From positions 608,001-672,000 of the forward strand of contig CAXXYH010000004.1 in assembly GCA_963677925.2 (NCBI GenBank): 64,000 bases of DNA, in the 5' to 3' direction. The number at the start of each line of letters is the position of its first letter. Positions within the stretch are counted from its first letter, which is position 1. The stretch is from Spirochaetia bacterium (GTDB lineage: Bacteria; Spirochaetota; Spirochaetia; UBA9216). Under the pieces are notes generated by a model, which ran no database searches, was not told the DNA's origin, and saw nothing but the letters and a program-made list of their open reading frames with translations. Below are positions 19,003 through 28,135 of the stretch, one piece after another. The position numbers and the translations under genes are program-made.

Positions 19003-19791
19003 ATGCATAAATTTGATCAGGAACTGAATTTTACTGAAGCAGGAGACCACCTTCTCCAGGCTGATATCTCTGATAACTGGACACACAGGGGAAATCTTAA
19101 CGGCGGCCTGCTTTTAGGTCTTGTCGGAAAGGCTGCTTCTTTCTACAGCGATAAGAGCGGAAGCATGCAGATAACTGCGAACTATCTGGACCGTACACTG
19201 CCCGGAAAGGTCGAAATTCTGGTGGAAGAGCTCTCAGCATCCCGAAATTTTGACCGATTTGAGGTCTGTCTGGTCCAGGATGGCAAAAAAGTGCTTAGAA
19301 CCTTCTGCACTCTTTCTCAGAAAACAGGAGAAACTGAGGATCTTTCCGGATCTGCCGATTATAAACCTTCTGCTCTTGAGACCGACTGCATAGAAATGAC
19401 CAGGCCCGGTGTCACAATTATGTATGAAAATATGAGTGTGAAAGTAGACCCGGCTACATCAGGATGGATGAAAGATGAGCTGACAAAACCGGGTGCAGTA
19501 AACGGATGGATACGCTTCAGAGAACCCCGTATGTTTGATTTATATTCGGTTCCTCTGGCAGTAGACTGCTTCCCTCCGTCAATTTTTTCAGCACTTGGAG
19601 CCTCAGCCTGGGTGCCTACGCTTGAACTTTCCGCTTTTATTACCAGATCTCCCGATGTTGATGCACTTTGGTCCAGTTTTCGAACAAATTTCTATACAGA
19701 CGGTATTATCGTGGAAGATGGTATTGTTACAGATCCGGACGGAAAGATTGTTGCAGTTTCACGGCAGACTGCTGTGTACAGGAAGGCCTGA
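19003..19791 (+). CDS. Acyl-CoA thioesterase, TesB-like double hot-dog family
   Basis: W...G.LNGG, ITANYL, DCFPP, WVPTLELS and EDG.V.D..G..VAVSRQ. Confidence 0.85.
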   Translation: MHKFDQELNFTEAGDHLLQADISDNWTHRGNLNGGLLLGLVGKAASFYSDKSGSMQITANYLDRTLPGKVEILVEELSASRNFDRFEVCLVQDGKKVLRTFCTLSQKTGETEDLSGSADYKPSALETDCIEMTRPGVTIMYENMSVKVDPATSGWMKDELTKPGAVNGWIRFREPRMFDLYSVPLAVDCFPPSIFSALGASAWVPTLELSAFITRSPDVDALWSSFRTNFYTDGIIVEDGIVTDPDGKIVAVSRQTAVYRKA

Positions 19792-19834
19792 TACATCAAT
19801 TATTTAACATTAAAATAGTTTGTGCTTTACAGTG

Positions 19835-19875
19835 AAACCCTTTAAACTTGTTGTAATAAGTTTAAAGGGTTTTTT
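19835..19875 (+). terminator. Intrinsic terminator-like hairpin
   Basis: Perfect 15-bp stem AAACCCTTTAAACTT/AAGTTTAAAGGGTTT plus T-run, abutting the ATG at 19876. Confidence 0.65.
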
Positions 19876-20820
19876 ATGGCATTACTTCGCTATTTGATTC
19901 AATATCGTATTAAGGATATGGCTGATCTTATCGGAAATGATAAGAAGGAGCCGGAGAGCTGCGATGATTCTCTTATAGGCAAAACGGTTGTAATATCCGG
20001 AACAACAGCAGGTATAGGTTTGGAAACTGCAAGATTGTTCGCAGAAAAGGGAGCTTCTCTGATCTGCCTTAATCGAAACCCGGAAAAATCTGCAAAGCTG
20101 GAAAAAGAGCTGCGGGAAAAATATAACTGTAATATTCAGACCGTAATTGTCGATTACAGTTCAATAGAACAGGTGAAAGCCTGCGCGGATAAGCTTATCC
20201 AACTCAAGCAGCCGATTGATGTGATTATTCATAATGCCGGTGTTTATCACACTAAAATGACCCTGTCTCCTGATAATATCGAGATGGTTTTTCAGTGCAA
20301 TCATCTTGCCTCATTTATGATTAACTATCTGCTTCGTAAAAAACTTAAAAAAGAAAACCGGGCCAGAATTATATATGTAAATTCGGAGGGCCATCGCTTT
20401 GCTTTGGCAGGTGTACATCTTTCCGATCTAAAGTGGCGGCGGCATTTGTATACCGGTCTTAAAAGCTACGGGTCAGCTAAAACTGCCCAGCTGCTGACCA
20501 TGCAGAAGTTCAGTGAATACTTTTCAGATACAGATGTTACAGTAAACGCAATGCATCCGGGGAATGTCCGTTCGGACATGGGTAATAACAACGGCAGACT
20601 CTACAGGTTTTTCAAGCAGAAGCTGGTTTTAAGCTCAGCAAAAGATCCGGAAATTTCTGCAAGATCCCTGTACTGGCTGGCCGCTTCTGAAAAAATGAAG
20701 GGAGTAAGCGGGAAGTTTTTCAACCTGACTACCGAAGAGCGTCCTGCCCCCCATGCAAGAGATTTGAAGCAGGTGGAGCCTGTCTGGGTAAAAAGCCTCG
20801 AACTCTGCCGATTAGAGTAA
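19876..20820 (+). CDS. Short-chain dehydrogenase/reductase (retinol-DH/WWOX-like)
   Basis: SGTTAGIG, HNAG, NHLA, YGSAK (YxxxK) and HPGNV. An alternative start at 19918 has SD AAGGA. Confidence 0.9.
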   Translation: MALLRYLIQYRIKDMADLIGNDKKEPESCDDSLIGKTVVISGTTAGIGLETARLFAEKGASLICLNRNPEKSAKLEKELREKYNCNIQTVIVDYSSIEQVKACADKLIQLKQPIDVIIHNAGVYHTKMTLSPDNIEMVFQCNHLASFMINYLLRKKLKKENRARIIYVNSEGHRFALAGVHLSDLKWRRHLYTGLKSYGSAKTAQLLTMQKFSEYFSDTDVTVNAMHPGNVRSDMGNNNGRLYRFFKQKLVLSSAKDPEISARSLYWLAASEKMKGVSGKFFNLTTEERPAPHARDLKQVEPVWVKSLELCRLE

Positions 20821-21825
20821 GAGTTTAAGCAGCAGAAAAAGAATTATTCCGAAGTTGATTATTGATGAAATCATCATACTTCTTAAGATGGGTTTTTTAA
20901 TGTCATCGCCCTTCATGGTCTTAAAATCTGTTTTGCTCATGAATGTGCTTATCTGGGTCAACAGCCCGCTTTCATCATTCAAGCTGTTTTTCTCAAGATC
21001 CTGTTTAATTATAAAATGCTGGCTGTAGGGAAAAACTGCCGCGCTTTCAGGACTGCTGCAGTCAATCAGGTCGCACAGATATGTGTTTTTCAGGAACTCA
21101 ATTTTATCAACAGGTACTTCAAGTGCTTCTGTCATCAGAGCCGGATCGAATATCAGGCTGAAATTTTCCGATGTTTCATCCATCAGAAGTCCCCCGTAAT
21201 CGACTGAGAGGTTTCCCTCCACCCAGAGAGCCTTATCAAGCTGTTTCATCTTTCCGCTGTTCAGATCAATATTTGCAGCAAACTCGGAGTTTCGTTTTTC
21301 ATTTTTAAAATCAATAAGAAGTTCACCATATGGGGTCGTTGTAAATACTGTAGGTTCGCTTGTGTATCCGCAGAAACCGTTTTTGGGATCATGACTGTTC
21401 GTGTTGGTTTCATAATCAGAGATGATCCAGGAGACAAGTCCGGTTTCTTTGTTTCGCGCTATGAGGTAGAATTCAAGCCTTGTCCCGATAAAGGCCGAGG
21501 TTCGGGCTGTAAAAGCGCTTAAAATTACCATGGGGTATTTTTCTTCTCCCTCAAAGACGGAGGCTTCTGCTATTTCATAACCTTCAGGCAGCATGGCCTG
21601 TGCCGCCGCAATATCTTTTATTCTGTAGGCAAGGAAGAAGCAGTAGGGATCTACAATAAACCCCATATAGGGAATCCTGCTGCTTCCTTTTTTCATTATA
21701 CTGTCCTGGGTTTTCTTGGGAAGGATCCGGTTGAAGTCTCCCAGAAAGCTTATTGCGGTCACATCTTTCGGTTTCACAAGTGATTCTGTCTTGATTATAA
21801 AATCTCTGTTTTCTGTTTTATTCAT
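20812..21825 (-). CDS. Hypothetical protein, probable acetoacetate-decarboxylase-like fold, C-terminal TM anchor (paralog 2)
   Basis: PYMGFIVDPY, MLPEGYE, G.RLE.YLIA, LWV.GN.S, FPYSQH; hydrophobic C-terminus. Confidence 0.6.
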   Translation of the reverse strand: MNKTENRDFIIKTESLVKPKDVTAISFLGDFNRILPKKTQDSIMKKGSSRIPYMGFIVDPYCFFLAYRIKDIAAAQAMLPEGYEIAEASVFEGEEKYPMVILSAFTARTSAFIGTRLEFYLIARNKETGLVSWIISDYETNTNSHDPKNGFCGYTSEPTVFTTTPYGELLIDFKNEKRNSEFAANIDLNSGKMKQLDKALWVEGNLSVDYGGLLMDETSENFSLIFDPALMTEALEVPVDKIEFLKNTYLCDLIDCSSPESAAVFPYSQHFIIKQDLEKNSLNDESGLLTQISTFMSKTDFKTMKGDDIKKPILRSMMISSIINFGIILFLLLKLLL

Positions 21826-21837
21826 TCTTTGAAGTCC

Positions 21838-22842
21838 TCATGCTTTTATCATAAGTAATATAGAAAGAATTATTGAGATAATCGGAAATATCAGTATCCC
21901 GAAAAAGAAGAGCCGTTTAATTCCCTTTGTTGAGAATGTTTTTATCCCCTTCGTCTCAGCAAGGCTGTTGTAGTTTTTTATCAGATCTTCAGTTGATTTA
22001 ATATAAGTCCGGCAGCCCGGTGCGTCTGCAATATAATGCTGGGTAAAGGGAAAGCAGGCAACCTTGGCCAGTGTCTGTTCTGCAAAATCGGGAACCAGTG
22101 TGTTTTTTGAAATGCTTATATCTTCCGGCGGTATATCCATAGCTCTGCCTACTTCGGAGGGGTCAAAGATAACCGCAAAGGGGTCGTCTCCGTAATCGGA
22201 CAGATCTTTTATATGGCCTATTGATGTGTTTCCGTTAACCCAGAGGGGCTGGTCAGGTCTGCGTATGATCCCGTTATTGAGATTTCCTTTCAGGGCGAGA
22301 TGCCGATCTGAATTATCATCCTTTATATCGAGATAGACATCACCCTTTGAGCTTGTTGTGAACAGGGCTGTCCTGCTGTTGGGGTCGATTACTCCTTCAG
22401 ACGGCACAGCAATTATTGTATTGCTTAATATGTCAAAAAATATCCATGAAATAAGGCCTGTCTCCGTGTCTTCCGCAATCAGGTAAGACTCGAGTCTTAT
22501 TCCCCAGAAGGTGCTGCCTCTTGTGTTTAAGTTCCCGATACCGAAATAGTAATCAGGCTCGTCATCCTCAAATACCCTGGCTTTTACCAGTTTAAACCTG
22601 TCAGGCAGCATTGACTGCGCCTTTTTGATGTCTTTCAGTTTGAAAAAAAGAAAAAGACTGTAAGGCTCGATGACGAAACCCATGTAGGGTGTTTTTTTTG
22701 ATGTTTTTATGAGCATCTTTTTAAAAAGAGAATTGGGCAGGAATTTCCGGAATCCCTGGAAGAAAAACAGGTTGCAGACCTCTGCCGGATCGATAAGGTC
22801 TTCAACGTTTTTGATGAAACTGTCTTCGTTTTTTATATGCAT
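21838..22842 (-). CDS. Hypothetical protein, probable acetoacetate-decarboxylase-like fold, C-terminal TM anchor (paralog 1)
   Basis: PYMGFVIEPY, MLPDRFK, GIRLESYLIA, LWVNGNTS, FPFTQH; SD AGGGGG. Confidence 0.6.
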   Translation of the reverse strand: MHIKNEDSFIKNVEDLIDPAEVCNLFFFQGFRKFLPNSLFKKMLIKTSKKTPYMGFVIEPYSLFLFFKLKDIKKAQSMLPDRFKLVKARVFEDDEPDYYFGIGNLNTRGSTFWGIRLESYLIAEDTETGLISWIFFDILSNTIIAVPSEGVIDPNSRTALFTTSSKGDVYLDIKDDNSDRHLALKGNLNNGIIRRPDQPLWVNGNTSIGHIKDLSDYGDDPFAVIFDPSEVGRAMDIPPEDISISKNTLVPDFAEQTLAKVACFPFTQHYIADAPGCRTYIKSTEDLIKNYNSLAETKGIKTFSTKGIKRLFFFGILIFPIISIILSILLMIKA

Positions 22843-22908
22843 ATATAAAGCCCCCTATATAATTTAAAACAGCAGGAGCAAAATTGCCAACTAAAAATTT
22901 CCGGTTAT

Positions 22909-23346
22909 TTATAACAGAAGTGAGATAATTAAGGCAGTAACAAAACCGGCAAGAAACAATGATATAAGAATCAGCAGGATTCCTGAGTAGCCTTTTGGAG
23001 AAATCTGATCATTTCTGTCCATTTTCCTGATTGCAGGATAGAGCCTCCAGTAGAAAGAAGCAATTGACGGGATAAGAACTATAACGGCGAGAAGTTTCAG
23101 TGTTTCATCACCCTTAAACAGAATTACAATAAGAAGTGCAATGAATATCAGCTTGGTTCCTGCTACCCAGTTAATGAGATACTTTATTAATTCGTGAATT
23201 TCCGTATCTGCTTTCGATTTTTCAAATGCATTGAATACACCGATCCCGTTTCCCTTTTTCGCGCCGGGAAAGAAATAAAGGATGATTATATTGGTAGATT
23301 CGAGAATGATAAAAACCAGTAAGGCTATTGATAAGGCGCTCATCAT
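22909..23346 (-). CDS. Hypothetical membrane protein (4 TM)
   Basis: Four hydrophobic segments; conserved-looking LINWVAGTKLIF and SPKGYS; leaderless-type promoter. Confidence 0.75.
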   Translation of the reverse strand: MMSALSIALLVFIILESTNIIILYFFPGAKKGNGIGVFNAFEKSKADTEIHELIKYLINWVAGTKLIFIALLIVILFKGDETLKLLAVIVLIPSIASFYWRLYPAIRKMDRNDQISPKGYSGILLILISLFLAGFVTALIISLLL

Positions 23347-23392
23347 TTACCAATGATAATGCAAATAAACGTTTTTTGCCAGATTGCAGATA

Positions 23393-23427
23393 AAAATGGT
23401 CCGGCTTTTTAACGGCCGGACCATTTT
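23393..23427 (-). terminator. Intrinsic terminator after the flavocytochrome-c-like reductase
   Basis: 13-bp stem AAAATGGTCCGGC/GCCGGACCATTTT. Confidence 0.75.
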
Positions 23428-23451
23428 CACATCGGGGTAAGCCGGATGTAA

Positions 23452-25407
23452 TTAAAGCTCGGAAGATGCGCTGTTTCCTGCTATTCTTCCAAAAGTCATT
23501 ATATCTGAGATTGCATTACCGCCAAGTCTGTTACCTGCATGAATACCGCCTGTAACCTCACCGGCAGCGTAGAATCCGGGAATCGGAGTTCCGTCTGCAT
23601 CAAGTACTCTTGCGCTTGTATCGATTCTGAGTCCGCCCATTGTGTGGTGAACAGAGGGTGAACGGGGAGTTGCATAGAACGGTCCGTTTACAAGCTTCGG
23701 TCCGAAGTTTCTCTTTCCGAAATCTGGATCAGATCCCTGTTCGATAAATGAGTTGTATTTTGCAATTTCAGTTTCGAGAGCGCCTGCAGGCATTCCAAGC
23801 TGTTCTTCAAGGCCCGCAAGTGTGTCGGCCTTGTAAACTTTCTGAGTGGCTATGAGAGTATCAATATCATCACCCCAGAAGTTCTTTCCGCCGGGCTGCG
23901 GGTTTCCTGCAGTAACCTGATCACAGATTATGTAGAAAAGTGCATCCTGCTGTGAAAGTGCTCCTGAAGCAAGAACGTCTCTTTCAGCGTATTCGTTTAC
24001 AAAGCGTTTTCCGGATTTGTTGACGAAAACCTGTGTTTCTGCACTTCCCCAGAGGCCGCCTGAAAGGGCTCCATTCTCGGGGTCAGAGCTGGGCATCAGC
24101 TGTACAAAACCCATACCGACGAGATCAGCTCCTGCTTCTGTTCCCATTACTATTCCGTCACCCATAGCATCTGCTGTATTGGTTGTCTTCATTGTTTTGG
24201 GTATATCCGGCCAGTATGTGTTGAATTTTGCAATCATCTCAGGGTTTGCACCATAACCGCCGGTTGTCATGATAACTCCCTTTTCTGCAGTAAGGGTTAC
24301 CGGAGTTCCGTCAGTCATTTTTGCGATAACGCCTACAATACGGCCGTTTTCATCTTTTACGAGTTCACCGGCCTTTGTTTCAAGCATTATATCAACACCG
24401 TTTTCTGCAGCAACTCTTGAAAGAGTGTTGATAAATCCGGCACCGACATGCTCAACGGTTGTATGACTTCTCGGCCAGAGTGCACCGAGGATTGTCGCAA
24501 CCTCATCGCTGAATTTAAGGCCAATGCTTTCGAGCCAGTGAAGAGTCGGCAATGTGTTTGATGTGAAAGTTTTTACAAGATCAACATTTCCGGTGATTTC
24601 CTTTCCATCAAGAGATGTTCTCTTTCCGCCAATATATGTCTGCATCATATGAAGTTCAGGGGAATCAAAGAGTGTTCCGTCATTTGATTTCTTGTATTCA
24701 CGAATCTGGTCCTTAAGGACAGCAAGAGTAGGAGCAAAATCGCCGGCTTCAGCGGGTGTCATTGCAAGGAAACTTTCAAGATCTTCCATAAGCGGTTTTG
24801 TCATCTTGATAGCTTTCTGTCTCTGAGGATCATATGAATTGTATCCGCCGCCTGATCTGATAGTATTTCCGCCGAGGGCAGCTGCTTTTTCAATTAAAAT
24901 TACGCTTGAACCGTTTCCTGACGCAGAGACTGCAGCTGCAAGACCGGCTCCGCCTCCGCCGATTATGATAACATCAGCAGTTTTTTTAATTTCTTCTCCT
25001 GCAACAACAGCAATCTTCTTGTTCTTGAGCATGAGAATATCACCGCCGGCCTGGGCCACACAGTCTTCCACAGCTGTGAGAAATGCACGGCTTGAATTAG
25101 TAGCTCCGGTTATTGCATCAACTGCAAGAGTCTGGCCTTCGATTATTTCTTCAGTCAGTTTCTCCATGGCAACGCCGCCGATACCGGGAGTTTCCGAGTT
25201 GGATCCAACAATAATCTTTTTGATTTTGGTCTTACTGAAAGTTACTTCAACAGGAACATCTCCGTAATTTCCCGGTGCAGCAGCGCTGTAGGTTCCAGGA
25301 TTAAATTGTGCTGTTGAGCCATTTTCATCACTTACACATCCGCTTATCAGCATAACTGCAATTACAGCGAATGCGGTGATTGAAGCAAGTAAAGTTCCTT
25401 TCTTCAT
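23452..25407 (-). CDS. Flavinylated extracytoplasmic FAD reductase lipoprotein (flavocytochrome c / urocanate reductase-like)
   Basis: Lipobox ISGC; FMN_bind domain with flavinylation motif DAITGAT; GGGGAG, ERD, HHTMGG, GNRLGGN. QLMP at the position that is QFHP in fumarate reductases. Confidence 0.85.
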   Translation of the reverse strand: MKKGTLLASITAFAVIAVMLISGCVSDENGSTAQFNPGTYSAAAPGNYGDVPVEVTFSKTKIKKIIVGSNSETPGIGGVAMEKLTEEIIEGQTLAVDAITGATNSSRAFLTAVEDCVAQAGGDILMLKNKKIAVVAGEEIKKTADVIIIGGGGAGLAAAVSASGNGSSVILIEKAAALGGNTIRSGGGYNSYDPQRQKAIKMTKPLMEDLESFLAMTPAEAGDFAPTLAVLKDQIREYKKSNDGTLFDSPELHMMQTYIGGKRTSLDGKEITGNVDLVKTFTSNTLPTLHWLESIGLKFSDEVATILGALWPRSHTTVEHVGAGFINTLSRVAAENGVDIMLETKAGELVKDENGRIVGVIAKMTDGTPVTLTAEKGVIMTTGGYGANPEMIAKFNTYWPDIPKTMKTTNTADAMGDGIVMGTEAGADLVGMGFVQLMPSSDPENGALSGGLWGSAETQVFVNKSGKRFVNEYAERDVLASGALSQQDALFYIICDQVTAGNPQPGGKNFWGDDIDTLIATQKVYKADTLAGLEEQLGMPAGALETEIAKYNSFIEQGSDPDFGKRNFGPKLVNGPFYATPRSPSVHHTMGGLRIDTSARVLDADGTPIPGFYAAGEVTGGIHAGNRLGGNAISDIMTFGRIAGNSASSEL

Positions 25408-25580
25408 TTTTTCTCCTTTTCTTAACCCATAAAGGACGATAGGGTTAAAAATTTATTGATAAATATTTAACTGAAAATATCAATAATTTTTATCTGTTGC
25501 AATAGGTTTACTGAATATATTCGGTAAATATTTTGTAAGGGCAGAAATATGATATATTAAATTAAAAGGGAGATTAGTAA

Positions 25581-26045
25581 ATGGCTGATATGCTTGTGAA
25601 ACTGTATAAATTACCGAAGCCGGAAGCTGTGAGTGATGGTGGAATAACGGTGAGAAGGGCATATCCTTCAGAGAAGGACATTCTCACAGGTTGGATAAAA
25701 GATAATTTTTCACAGGGCTGGGCTGATGAGTGCGGGATTACATTTTCAGGACATCCGGTTAAAACATTTATTGCTGTAAGAGATAATGATATTCTGGGGT
25801 TCGCTTCTTATGATGCCAGTGCTTTGGGATTCTTCGGTCCGACAGGCGTTGCAGAATCAGCCCGTGGTATGGGATTAGGTAAAGTCCTCCTTCTAAAAAC
25901 TCTTTTTGCAATGCGCGAAACCGGCTATGGATACGGGATTATCGGCGGTGTAGGTCCTGCTGATTTTTATTCAAAAACGGTTGGTGCTGTTATGATTGAC
26001 GGGTCAACTCCGGGGATCTATAGGGGCATGCTGAAAAGGAAATAA
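25581..26045 (+). CDS. GNAT-family N-acetyltransferase
   Basis: FFGPTGV...RGMGLGKVLL acetyl-CoA motif; FY near the C-terminus. Confidence 0.88.
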   Translation: MADMLVKLYKLPKPEAVSDGGITVRRAYPSEKDILTGWIKDNFSQGWADECGITFSGHPVKTFIAVRDNDILGFASYDASALGFFGPTGVAESARGMGLGKVLLLKTLFAMRETGYGYGIIGGVGPADFYSKTVGAVMIDGSTPGIYRGMLKRK

Positions 26046-26077
26046 AAAAACCGGTATAACCATTCGGGTCATACCGG
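26044..26077 (-). terminator. Intrinsic terminator of the sugar ABC operon
   Basis: Minus strand CCGGTATGACC-CGAAT-GGTTATACCGG followed by a T-run. Confidence 0.7.
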
Positions 26078-26086
26078 CTGAAAAGA

Positions 26087-26953
26087 TTATTTTATGGCGC
26101 CTGCTGACAGGCCCTGAATAATATACTTCTGAAAAAAGATAACTATTATAATCGGCGGGATGATTGCCAGTATGGTTGCGGCGGACATCAGATCCCAATG
26201 TACATAGTACTGACCGATAAACTCGGTCATGGTTACTGTCAGCGGTTTTGATTTAAGCGTATATGTCAGAACCAGAGGCCCTGAAAACATATTCCAGGTG
26301 TGCAGGAATGAAACAATTGAAACTGCTATCAGTCCCGGCATGACCATCTGAAGACTGACCCTTGCAAGAGTCTGAATTCTTGTACAGCCGTCAATTCTTG
26401 CCGCTTCTTCAATTTCCTTGGGCACAGATTCAAAATATCCCTTCATAAACCATGTTTCAAAAGGCAGTCTGAAGGTAAATGACAGCAGAATCAGTCCAAG
26501 CTTGGTATCCAGCAGATGCAGATGTGAGAATTCGGAAAATAATCCTATCAGTACGGGCCAGGATGGGAGGGCTATTATGCCGATAATCAGGTAGAAAAAC
26601 AGCTTGCTTCCTTTGAACTTCAGCCTTGAGAAGGCGTACCCCAGAAGCGGTGCAAAGAACATAACCATTGCAGTTGTAATAAGCGACACAATAAGAGAAT
26701 TGATAATTCCGGCCCTGAACAGTTTTGCAGCAGCTATACCGTCACCGCCTCTGAAGCTTTCGCCGGTTATCAGAACCTTTTTATATGCTTCAAGTGTCGG
26801 GTTCTCCGGTATCCAGTGAGGCGGAATTGAGTAGAGTTCGGTCCGCGGAGAAATTGATGAAATGAATACCCAGAAGATCGGCGCAATTGACCAGAAGAAG
26901 ATTATGAAGACCATTACGGCAAGTATTATTTTGTAGGCAGGTCTGGCTTTCAT
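26087..26953 (-). CDS. Carbohydrate ABC transporter permease (CUT1, MalG-like)
   Basis: VPKEIEEAARIDGC EAA loop; FQKYIIQGLSAGAIK. Confidence 0.95.
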   Translation of the reverse strand: MKARPAYKIILAVMVFIIFFWSIAPIFWVFISSISPRTELYSIPPHWIPENPTLEAYKKVLITGESFRGGDGIAAAKLFRAGIINSLIVSLITTAMVMFFAPLLGYAFSRLKFKGSKLFFYLIIGIIALPSWPVLIGLFSEFSHLHLLDTKLGLILLSFTFRLPFETWFMKGYFESVPKEIEEAARIDGCTRIQTLARVSLQMVMPGLIAVSIVSFLHTWNMFSGPLVLTYTLKSKPLTVTMTEFIGQYYVHWDLMSAATILAIIPPIIIVIFFQKYIIQGLSAGAIK

Positions 26954-27843
26954 GCATTCTCCTTCTTGAAGCTCATTCTCATATAAAATAGTGTGAGCAG
27001 GAACAGGAACAGGCCGACCATGTATGCCATGGCAGATCCTCTTCCGAACCTTCCCATATCAAACGTAATTTCATAGTTATATATCATTGGTGTTTTTGTA
27101 AGCTCGCTGAACTCTGTCAAAGCATATATACCGTCAAAAACATTGAAGCTTGCAATCATTGTAAGAACAACGGCAATACCGCCTATCTGTGAAAGGTAGG
27201 GTATCGTAATTGCAAACAGACGTCTTACTACGCCGGCACCGTCCACCATTGCGGCCTCATAGAGCTGGCTGGGAATTGACTGAAGGACTCCCAGAAAGAG
27301 GATGGTAATAAATGGTGTATATCGCCAGACGAAAAGAAAAACCGACAGGTTAATCGCAACATTGGGATCACTCAGCCAGAAGTGATAATCGTCTATTAAT
27401 CCCAGCTGGAACAGCAGTCCGTTAAGGGCTCCGTAATCACCGTTAAAAATCCATTTCCACAAATGTCCGTTAACAACCGGCGGAATGGCCCATGGGATGA
27501 TTACAACTGCTCTTAAAATGCCCTTGCCTGGGAACGCCTGATTCAGTACCTGTGCGAAGCCCAGTGATATTATCAGTACTGAGGCTGTCGCTACAATCAT
27601 AAAGTAGACAACACGGAGTACTGTCTTCTGAAAGGTCGGATCTTTCAGAATATAGATGTAATTTTCAAGGCCGATGAATTTGATATTATTCGGCAGTTTC
27701 AGGTTGTATTTTAAAAGACTGAATCTGAAGGACTGTATTGCAGGCAAATACGCAAATACCAGCAGGAGCAGCAGTGTCGGAACAAGGATCGTCCAGGCCA
27801 AATGTGTTTCGTTATCCAGCCAGGTCGATAATTTTTTTCTCAT
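26950..27843 (-). CDS. Carbohydrate ABC transporter permease (CUT1, MalF-like)
   Basis: FIGLENY, IPWAIP and IPSQLYEAAMVDGA. Confidence 0.95.
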   Translation of the reverse strand: MRKKLSTWLDNETHLAWTILVPTLLLLLVFAYLPAIQSFRFSLLKYNLKLPNNIKFIGLENYIYILKDPTFQKTVLRVVYFMIVATASVLIISLGFAQVLNQAFPGKGILRAVVIIPWAIPPVVNGHLWKWIFNGDYGALNGLLFQLGLIDDYHFWLSDPNVAINLSVFLFVWRYTPFITILFLGVLQSIPSQLYEAAMVDGAGVVRRLFAITIPYLSQIGGIAVVLTMIASFNVFDGIYALTEFSELTKTPMIYNYEITFDMGRFGRGSAMAYMVGLFLFLLTLFYMRMSFKKENA

Positions 27844-27880
27844 AGGTTATTTCTCCTGATTATATCAGTTTAAACGAAAA

Positions 27881-28110
27881 GGCCCGCAGGTGAAACAAAA
27901 TCAAAACCCGGTTGGGTTTGATTTTGTTTTTAAAGTATTTTTTATAACATGAAGCTGAATATTAAGGTAAGACTTATTATTAAAAATACTTAATGTTTAG
28001 CAAGCAGGAACCACTGAAAACCTTCGTTTTCAGTGGTTTACCCTATATTTAAGGGTGTTAAGATATTTCCTTTCTAAGGAAATATCTTAACTTCAAAACA
28101 ACTTCGGGCC
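27881..28110. other. Highly structured intergenic element (five internal hairpins within imperfect terminal inverted repeats): MITE-like or structured RNA
   Basis: Stems at 27893-27929, 27933-27991, 28009-28038, 28040-28056 and 28057-28091; outer GGCCCGCAGGTG / CAACTTCGGGCC pair at 10 of 12 positions. Confidence 0.6.
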
Positions 28111-28135
28111 CACCAATTTGCGGTGTTGAAGCTGT

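Noticed and set aside
27881-28110. Possible CRISPR array or tRNA in the structured intergenic region
   Set aside because: The hairpins are unrelated in sequence, with no repeat-spacer periodicity, no cas genes and no tRNA T-loop/CCA features.
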